Shown here piece after piece: positions 1 through 4,899 of a stretch of DNA of 5,665 nt. A program made the translations under genes and the position numbers. The notes beneath the pieces are model-generated. The model saw nothing but the letters and a program-made list of their open reading frames with translations, had not been told where the DNA came from and did not search any database. The DNA lies in IMG/VR virus record IMGVR_UViG_3300045988_004551, positions 1 through 5,665 of that record; one strand, given 5' to 3'. This stretch comes from a virus. Each line of letters begins with the position of its first letter. Position 1 is the first letter of the stretch.

Positions 1-99
1 AAGTAACTTCAGGGAAACCGCAACAGCAAAGGCCACCGAAGCCGGAGAGACCGTGAGGCGCACATACCTCTGGGAACTCAACGAGAAAGGCGAAAAGGT
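1..99. repeat. Terminal direct repeat, copy 1 (identical to 5567..5665); overlap from a circular genome
   Basis: Base-by-base comparison gives 99/99 identity with 5567..5665. The repeat starts at the first base and ends at the last base of the window. Joining the ends reconstitutes an intact ORF with its own SD and ATG. Confidence 0.95.
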
Positions 100-463
100 G
101 CTGACGCTTGAACAGGTCATCGACCAGCAGGCGGAAATCGACAGCTATATGGAAGAGACCAAGCTGGAAAACATCATCCGGAGGGCATCCATCGACCCTG
201 ACCTTGCGGCCAGACTGATGCCGGACATGGGTGGCGGACTTCAGGATGCAACCAATATGCCGGAGAATCTGATGGAGCTTCAGAACATCATGCTGCAGGC
301 CGAGCAAATCTGGAATAAAATCCCAAAAGAAATAAAGCTCAAGTTTGACAATGACGTCGATAAATTCGTGGCAAGCTTCGGAACTATCGACTGGGCAAAA
401 AATCTGGGCATTTATCAAGAAAATCCGCCTGAAGAGCCTAAAAAGGAGGAAGCCACTGAATGA
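2..463 (+). CDS. VP3: Internal scaffolding protein VP3 (3' portion; the true start lies across the circular junction at 5550)
   Basis: The frame is open from window base 2 and continues the frame of ATG 5550 in the duplicated end. The joined product is 159 aa (MAYRSVSNFRETATAKATEAGETVRRTYLW...). The ORF-track start GTG 53 is probably a linearisation artefact. The C-terminal block AEQIWNKIPKEIKLKFDNDVDKFVASF fits the conserved C-terminal pattern I recall for Chlamydia-phage-type scaffold proteins (F..LP...R..F.N.P..F). Size and position directly upstream of VP1 also fit. Stop TGA 461-463 overlaps the VP1 ATG 460-462 (ATGA). Confidence 0.8.
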   Translation, partial: SNFRETATAKATEAGETVRRTYLWELNEKGEKVLTLEQVIDQQAEIDSYMEETKLENIIRRASIDPDLAARLMPDMGGGLQDATNMPENLMELQNIMLQAEQIWNKIPKEIKLKFDNDVDKFVASFGTIDWAKNLGIYQENPPEEPKKEEATE

Positions 464-2124
464 ACAGAAACAAAGACGCAGGGTTTAACCAGGTCCCGAG
501 ACTGGACATTACAAGAAGTCGCTTCAAACGACCACAGGACGTCAAGCTAACAATGAACGCGGGCCAACTCATTCCGTTCTATGTGGACGAAGTGCTCCCG
601 GGCGACACCTTCAGCATCGACCAAGCAGCAATTATCCGTATGACAACGCCTATCTTCCCGGTTATGGACAACTGCCACATGGATATTTACTACTTCAACG
701 TACCGTGCCGTATCATCTGGGACCATTTCAAACGATTTATGGGCGAAAACGATGCCGGGCCGTGGGCGCAGACTCAGGAATACACCATCCCACAGATCAA
801 AGTAACTGGCACAGCTGACAAACCAGCACCGTACGAAGGAAGCATCATGGACTACATGGGCATTCCTACCAAGGTGAGCAAAGGAGCTGATAGTGAATTC
901 AGCATTAATGCGCTGCCATTCAGAGCCTACGCTATGATTTGGCAGGAGTGGTTCCGAGACCAAAACGTGGACAATCCGGCCATCAACAGCACCGCAGACG
1001 CAACCGTAAACTATACGGACGATGAAACCAAGGGCATGGACGCGGAAACGCCGGATTTAGAGTACATTCTTCAAAACGCATACACCGGAGGCAGACCGCT
1101 GCCGGTGAATAAGTACCACGACTACTTCACATCGGCTTTGCCGAATCCTCAGAAAGCGGGAGAACCGGTAAAAGTCCCACTGAGCGGTACAGCCGACATA
1201 TCAGTATACGAAGACAGAGATTTAACGAAACTGGCAAACCTGAATGGAAACTACAGCTGGCCAGGCCCAATGTCGTACCAATACGACAGCAAATACAATG
1301 GAAGATCTATAAGCATGGCATCGGGAGATAACATGCACTTCCTGGGCGCAAACCTGGGAGAAGCATCGGCAACAACCATCAATCAGCTGCGGCAGGCATT
1401 CCAGGTACAGAAGTACTATGAACAGCTGTCACGAGGCGGCAGCCGCTACCGCGAGATGATTTATTCGCTATTTCACACCAGAATCAGCGATAAGACAGTA
1501 CAAATTCCCGAGTATCTGGGTGGCAAGCGCATTACAATCAACATGAGTCAGGTTATCCAGACCAGTGGAACGACACAGGAAAGTCCGCAGGGCAACGCAG
1601 CGGCAATAAGCGTTACGCCATTCAATGGCAGCATGTTCACGAAAAGCTTCGAAGAGCACGGCTATGTTATCGGCGTGTGCTGCATCCGGCATGACCATAC
1701 CTACCAGCAGGGCTTGGAGCGCATGTGGAGCCGCAAGACTAATCTGGACTTCTATTATCCTGTCTTCGCAAATCTGGGCGAGCAGGCAGTTCTGAAGAAG
1801 GAGCTGTATCTCACTGGCACGGAAACTGATGAGCAGGCATTCGGCTATCAGGAAGCATGGGCAGAGTACAGAATGAAGCCAAACCGTATCAGCGGCAAGT
1901 TCCGTTCGAATGCAACGGGGACGTTGGACAGCTGGCACTACGGCGACAACTACAAGGAAACTCCCAGCTTAAGCCAGGCATGGATGAAGGAAGGAGACTC
2001 CGAAATCCAGAGGACTCTGGCCGTGGACAACGAGCCTCAGTTTATCATGGATACCGTCATCTACAATACATCTGTGAGACCTATGCCTATGTACAGCATT
2101 CCGGGCCTCGTAGACCATCACTAA
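460..2124 (+). CDS. VP1: Major capsid protein VP1 (Microviridae F-protein family, gokushovirus type)
   Basis: 554-aa ORF with SD AAGGAGG at 443-449, 10 nt upstream of ATG 460. Conserved blocks as I recall them for this family: [97 protein letters not shown]. The length is typical of gokushovirus VP1. Confidence 0.97.
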   Translation: MNRNKDAGFNQVPRLDITRSRFKRPQDVKLTMNAGQLIPFYVDEVLPGDTFSIDQAAIIRMTTPIFPVMDNCHMDIYYFNVPCRIIWDHFKRFMGENDAGPWAQTQEYTIPQIKVTGTADKPAPYEGSIMDYMGIPTKVSKGADSEFSINALPFRAYAMIWQEWFRDQNVDNPAINSTADATVNYTDDETKGMDAETPDLEYILQNAYTGGRPLPVNKYHDYFTSALPNPQKAGEPVKVPLSGTADISVYEDRDLTKLANLNGNYSWPGPMSYQYDSKYNGRSISMASGDNMHFLGANLGEASATTINQLRQAFQVQKYYEQLSRGGSRYREMIYSLFHTRISDKTVQIPEYLGGKRITINMSQVIQTSGTTQESPQGNAAAISVTPFNGSMFTKSFEEHGYVIGVCCIRHDHTYQQGLERMWSRKTNLDFYYPVFANLGEQAVLKKELYLTGTETDEQAFGYQEAWAEYRMKPNRISGKFRSNATGTLDSWHYGDNYKETPSLSQAWMKEGDSEIQRTLAVDNEPQFIMDTVIYNTSVRPMPMYSIPGLVDHH

Positions 2125-2134
2125 GAAAGGGGGA

Positions 2135-2165
2135 AGCCCGGGGCAAAACCCCGGGCTATTTTATT
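2135..2165 (+). terminator. GC-rich hairpin plus T-rich tail between VP1 and VP2 (partial terminator/attenuator or mRNA-stabilising hairpin)
   Basis: AGCCCGGGG (2135-2143) and CCCCGGGCT (2149-2157) form a perfect 9-bp stem with loop CAAAA, followed by ATTTTATT. It sits in the 41-nt gap between the VP1 stop (2122-2124) and the VP2 ATG (2166). Confidence 0.55.
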
Positions 2166-2972
2166 ATGGCGTTAGCAGCAATCGGCAGCGCACTACTCGG
2201 AATCGGCAAACAACTACTCCCAACAATCGCCGGAGGACTCATAAACAAGTTCCTGGGTGGAAACCTAATGGAAAGCAATGGAGGGAGCAGTCAGCACAAC
2301 GAAAGCTCGAGCCAAGGAGGCGGATACAGCAGCGCCGCCAGCGGCGTAAACCGAGAACAGAACCTGCAAGACTGGAACAGTATGCTAGGGGCAATTCAAA
2401 GCAATATGCAAAGCCAGCAGAAGTTTAACCGTAAAAGCATGTTCGAGCAAATGGGCTATAACACCATGGCGGCAATCACTCAGGGTGTGTATAACCAGAT
2501 AAGCAACAACGCAGCAATGGCCTACAACAGCGCAGAAGCAGCCAAAAACAGAGCTTGGCAAGAACAAATGAGCAGCACAGCTTATCAGCGAGCCGTGGAA
2601 GATATGCGAAAAGCAGGCATCAACCCTATCTTAGCATACCAACAGGGCGGAGCAAGCACTCCAGGAGGCGCACAAGCCACTATCAGCGGAGCAAGCATGG
2701 GACTCGCAAGCAGCAGTGCGGCGACAGCAAGCGCTCTCGGAGTAAGCCAGAACCACAACAACACATGGAGCAAAAGCGAAAGCAACTGGTACAACGCAGC
2801 ACAAGCAGTTGGAGACGCCACAAGCTGGTCACACACAAGCGCAGACAAAGCGTTAAAGGCGTTCGAAAACGTTCTGGGCCAGCTGGGAAACCTCACAAAC
2901 GACAATCCCAAAGGCAGTTCAACGAAAGACAAAGACGGCTTTGGAGGAAGCAAAGGAGGCAAATTCAAATAA
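2166..2972 (+). CDS. VP2: Minor capsid / DNA pilot protein VP2
   Basis: ATG 2166 is in frame with track ORF 1857..2972, whose first 103 codons lie inside VP1 and are rejected. The 268-aa product starts with hydrophobic [32 protein letters not shown]. It contains [22 protein letters not shown], the block I recall as the most conserved in gokushovirus VP2, followed by an A/S/G/Q/N-rich low-complexity tail. Position immediately after VP1 fits. Confidence 0.9.
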   Translation: MALAAIGSALLGIGKQLLPTIAGGLINKFLGGNLMESNGGSSQHNESSSQGGGYSSAASGVNREQNLQDWNSMLGAIQSNMQSQQKFNRKSMFEQMGYNTMAAITQGVYNQISNNAAMAYNSAEAAKNRAWQEQMSSTAYQRAVEDMRKAGINPILAYQQGGASTPGGAQATISGASMGLASSSAATASALGVSQNHNNTWSKSESNWYNAAQAVGDATSWSHTSADKALKAFENVLGQLGNLTNDNPKGSSTKDKDGFGGSKGGKFK

Positions 2973-3992
2973 ATGGGATGCAATAAACCGCTAATCCGGT
3001 TTTATGTACCTCATGACAGAGAAGCGAGTGGGCGAGTGTACTCACTCGCTTCTTTTAACGAGATACACAAGACCAAAATGACATACGAAGACCTGATGTA
3101 TCGCAAAGATGTAATGATGATACCATGCGGACAATGCACAGGATGCAAACTACGCAAACGCAAAGACTGGGCCACACGAATGGAGCTGGAAGCATACAGC
3201 CACGAAAAGGAAAGCATCTGGTTTATCACACTAACCTATGATGACGACCATGTACCAACACAAGACACAGAAACAGGGGAAATCTTCAAGGGAGGCATAA
3301 ACGTCTGGAAAGGCACCTCAGAGCGTCCCAGAACGGTGCAAACTTTAAGCGTGGAGGATGTCCAACTATTCATGAAAAGGCTTAGAAAGGCCGTCAGCGG
3401 GCCTCTCAGGTACTTTCTAGCCGGAGAGTATGGAGACAACACCTCAAGACCGCACTATCACATGATACTATACGGATGGAATCCAGACGACTTAAAACCA
3501 ATTCACAAACTGTCAAGATTTGGACACTACACGAGCAATAAGCTGGTCAGAATCTGGGGACAAGGCACGGTCGATATAGCTCAAGCAACACCAGAAACAT
3601 ATAACTATGTAGCTGGATACGTGACCAAGAAACTATACGGAAACGACAAGGACAGGTATAAAAAAATGGGACTCATACCTCCATTCTGCGTGATGAGCCG
3701 AAAGCCAGGACTCGGGGACGAATGGTTTCAAAAGAATCAAGAAAGGCTATGGCAGCTTGGATACATCCAGCTGACAAACGGCAAGAGAGCAGCCATTCCA
3801 GAATATTATTGGCGAAAGCTGGAAGCTGAAAATCCTGAAAAAGCGTGGAGAATCAAGCGGTATCGACAAGAAAAAGCCATTGCGTCCCTAATCGAAAGAA
3901 ACATGGAAACTGACAAACAGTATGCCGAACAACTGGCCGATAAAGAAGCAGTCATGAAGAAGAAGATGTCCAAAGCAAAGGGCGTTTTTTAG
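2973..3992 (+). CDS. VP4: Replication initiation protein VP4 (HUH rolling-circle endonuclease, phiX174 protein A type)
   Basis: 339 aa. ATG 2973 abuts the VP2 stop TAA 2970-2972, and SD AAAGGAGG lies at 2952-2959. It carries a cysteine cluster CGQCTGC, RCR motif 1 FITLTYD, and motif 2 RPHYHMILYG (H-Y-H at 3453-3461). Motif 3 is YNYVAGYVTKK, with two Tyr four residues apart (3606-3608 and 3618-3620), comparable to YVAKYVNK of phiX174 protein A. Confidence 0.95.
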   Translation: MGCNKPLIRFYVPHDREASGRVYSLASFNEIHKTKMTYEDLMYRKDVMMIPCGQCTGCKLRKRKDWATRMELEAYSHEKESIWFITLTYDDDHVPTQDTETGEIFKGGINVWKGTSERPRTVQTLSVEDVQLFMKRLRKAVSGPLRYFLAGEYGDNTSRPHYHMILYGWNPDDLKPIHKLSRFGHYTSNKLVRIWGQGTVDIAQATPETYNYVAGYVTKKLYGNDKDRYKKMGLIPPFCVMSRKPGLGDEWFQKNQERLWQLGYIQLTNGKRAAIPEYYWRKLEAENPEKAWRIKRYRQEKAIASLIERNMETDKQYAEQLADKEAVMKKKMSKAKGVF

Positions 3993-4001
3993 CTCTGGTG
4001 T

Positions 4002-4059
4002 CACTCAGCCAAGTAACTATCAAGTATATATACTTGGCTGAGTGTTTTTTAGTTTTTTT
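4002..4059 (+). terminator. Strong rho-independent terminator after VP4 (14-bp perfect stem plus T6AGT7); also a candidate origin hairpin
   Basis: CACTCAGCCAAGTA (4002-4015) pairs perfectly with TACTTGGCTGAGTG (4031-4044). The loop is 15 nt. TTTTTT (4045-4050), AG, then TTTTTTT (4053-4059) follow. It begins 10 nt after the VP4 stop. Confidence 0.85.
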
Positions 4060-4063
4060 ATCA

Positions 4064-4104
4064 GCGCGCGCGCACGCGCACGTAATCGCGCACGTACACG
4101 CACG
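4064..4104. repeat. Alternating purine-pyrimidine CG/CA tract (Z-DNA-prone, self-complementary) with a 10-nt direct repeat
   Basis: GCGCGCGCGCACGCGCACGTA (4064-4084, 21 nt of strict alternation) and CGCGCACGTACACGCACG (4087-4104, 18 nt). CGCGCACGTA occurs twice (4075-4084 and 4087-4096, period 12). The tract is flanked on both sides by T/A-rich sequence. Confidence 0.9.
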
Positions 4105-4152
4105 ATTTTTATTATATTATTATTTACTTGTTGTAGTCGTAGTAGTAGGGAG

Positions 4153-4328
4153 TGTTGAAATGTTGAATACTATGAATTTTTATCCGTGGAACGATATTTT
4201 GTGGTTAATTTTGATGTTGATACTTTTGTGGATAACTTGTTGAATTGTTGAAAGTGTAGCAATATGCACAAAACCATTTGTGCAACTTTTTGTGGAAAAC
4301 CTGTTGAAAGTGTTGAAAGTGTTGAAAA
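4153..4328 (+). repeat. Iteron array: eight same-orientation TGTTGA(A/T) copies, including three tandem 9-mers
   Basis: TGTTGAA starts at 4153, 4161, 4238, 4246, 4302, 4311 and 4320; the variant TGTTGAT starts at 4215. The tandem array is TGTTGAAAG TGTTGAAAG TGTTGAAAA at 4302-4328. TTTTGTGG occurs at 4197, 4224 and 4288. 4224-4256 and 4288-4321 form an imperfect 33/34-nt direct repeat (TTTTGTGGA.AAC.TGTTGAA..TGTTGAAAGTG). Confidence 0.9.
4265..4284. promoter_or_regulatory. Operator-like inverted repeat TGCACAAA-N4-TTTGTGCA
   Basis: TGCACAAA (4265-4272) and TTTGTGCA (4277-4284) are perfect reverse complements separated by ACCA. The site lies between two iteron clusters. Confidence 0.5.
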
Positions 4329-4359
4329 TGTAATTAGAGGCAGCTCGGCAGCTGGCCGA

Positions 4360-4410
4360 AAGGTTACGTCATGCTCTTCGTACGGCGCACCGCGCCTAGC
4401 GCATGACCTT
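4360..4410. other. GC-rich nested hairpin (candidate ssDNA structural element)
   Basis: GTCATGC (4368-4374) pairs with GCATGAC (4401-4407). The outer pair is AAGGT (4360-4364) with ACCTT (4406-4410), across a bulge. The apical pair is GGCGC (4384-4388) with GCGCC (4392-4396), loop ACC. It is preceded by the direct repeat GCAGCT (4340-4345 and 4348-4353). Confidence 0.5.
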
Positions 4411-4430
4411 CAATGCAAAATTCTTCTAAC

Positions 4431-4475
4431 TTTTTTTAAAAAAATCTTGACTTTTTTCTAAAAATATGGTACAAT
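4431..4475 (+). promoter_or_regulatory. Near-consensus sigma-70/sigma-A promoter P1 with extended -10 and an upstream T7A7 tract
   Basis: -35 TTGACT (4447-4452), a 17-nt spacer, TGg (4467-4469), -10 TACAAT (4470-4475). The T7A7 palindrome (4431-4444) sits in the UP-element position. An SD and ATG 4504 follow within about 30 nt. Confidence 0.75.
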
Positions 4476-4503
4476 AAAATCACAGAAAGGAAAGGTGAAC
4501 ACC

Positions 4504-4689
4504 ATGCTGCACTTCTATGAAATCCGAAAACTTGACAAGAACGGTGAACCACACATCGTCCGAAAGCTCACAACAGAGCCAAAGATAGCAAAACAGGAGT
4601 TAAAAAAATACGCAGAAGAGAATCCGGGAGTTTATTCACTGTATCAAATTCACCAAGTAGCAGCATATTTTACGATAAAGGAGGATTGA
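4504..4689 (+). CDS. Hypothetical small protein, 61 aa
   Basis: ATG 4504 lies 5 nt after SD AGGTGA (4493-4498, within GAAAGGAAAGGTGA). The track start GTG 4495 overlaps that SD and is less likely. This is the first ORF downstream of P1. The product MLHFYEIRKLDKNGEPHIVRKLTTEPKIAKQELKKYAEENPGVYSLYQIHQVAAYFTIKED has no similarity I recognise. Confidence 0.6.
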   Translation: MLHFYEIRKLDKNGEPHIVRKLTTEPKIAKQELKKYAEENPGVYSLYQIHQVAAYFTIKED

Positions 4690-4714
4690 AAAAAAACCTC
4701 TTTTTTGATATAAT
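4686..4714 (+). promoter_or_regulatory. Second near-consensus promoter P2 with extended -10
   Basis: -35 TTGAAA (4686-4691, overlapping the TGA stop of the 61-aa ORF), a 17-nt spacer, TGa (4706-4708), -10 TATAAT (4709-4714). Confidence 0.7.
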
Positions 4715-4814
4715 GAAAATAATCAAACAGCACGAAAGTGTTCTTCTCAAATCCATTTATACAAAAATAACTTTACGAAAGAGGTGAATTGCCCTGACTC
4801 TCCAAGAAATCAAA

Positions 4815-4898
4815 ATGCTGTTTGAAAACATCCAAAAAATCCTGGCAATGCTGGACAAAATTTACCATGCAGTGACAGGCAACGAACCGGAGGCTTAA
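4815..4898 (+). CDS. Possible micro-ORF, 27 aa from ATG 4815 (34-36 aa if it starts at CTG 4794 or ATT 4788)
   Basis: MLFENIQKILAMLDKIYHAVTGNEPEA. Stop TAA 4896-4898 lies 1 nt before the next ATG (4900). The strong SD GAAAGAGGTGA (4777-4787) lies upstream, but the only in-frame codons at proper spacing are ATT 4788 and CTG 4794. ATG 4815 has no SD of its own. Confidence 0.3.
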   Translation: MLFENIQKILAMLDKIYHAVTGNEPEA

Positions 4899-4899
4899 C

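Noticed and set aside
1-99. The terminal repeats as biological direct terminal repeats or att sites
   Set aside because: The repeat lies inside a coding sequence, coincides exactly with the window ends, and restores a complete gene on circularisation. Microviridae have circular genomes without terminal repeats. An assembly overlap is the simpler explanation.
547-963. 138-aa minus-strand ORF inside VP1 (also 1468..1938 minus, 156 aa)
   Set aside because: Both are antisense shadows of a strongly supported capsid gene. They have no SD and an odd composition, and all known Microviridae encode every gene on one strand.
1857-2165. N-terminal 103 codons of track ORF 1857..2972
   Set aside because: This part lies out of frame inside the VP1 3' end and runs across the intergenic hairpin. 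The recognisable VP2 N-terminus ([12 protein letters not shown]...) starts at ATG 2166. The extension is simply the longest-ORF convention.
2585-2983. 132-aa minus-strand ORF antisense to the VP2 3' half (also 2385..2567 minus)
   Set aside because: It is explained by T depletion of the + strand, which removes stop codons in several frames at once. It has no start context and is on the wrong strand for this virus family.
3011-3442. Minus-strand ORFs 3011..3229 and 3236..3442 inside VP4
   Set aside because: They are short antisense ORFs within a well-supported Rep gene, with no translation signals.
4016-4040. Possible dif/XerCD-type recombination site (central TATATA flanked by inverted arms), as used by some integrating gokushoviruses
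   Set aside because: I see no match to the conserved XerD-arm sequence (TTATGTTAAAT-like) of the dif sites I know. The symmetry is fully accounted for by the terminator hairpin. It would still be worth aligning to the host dif once a host is identified.
3998-4243. 81-aa + strand ORF (GTG start) across the terminator hairpin, CG tract and A/T-rich block
   Set aside because: It starts inside the terminator stem. Its translation is low-complexity (ARAHAHVIAHVHA, VVVVVV) and simply mirrors the nucleotide repeats. Only its last 27 codons have any start signal, and that part is reported separately at low interest.
4302-4328. Possible CRISPR-like or minisatellite array
   Set aside because: The units are 9 nt and contiguous, with no spacers. 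This is far below CRISPR repeat size and is better described as iterons.
4264-4461. 65-aa + strand ORF across the palindrome, tandem 9-mers, GC hairpin and promoter P1
   Set aside because: The peptide repeats VESVESVE because it reads through the 9-nt tandem repeat, and it runs into the -35 of P1. There is no SD before ATG 4264. The DNA-level features explain the region better.
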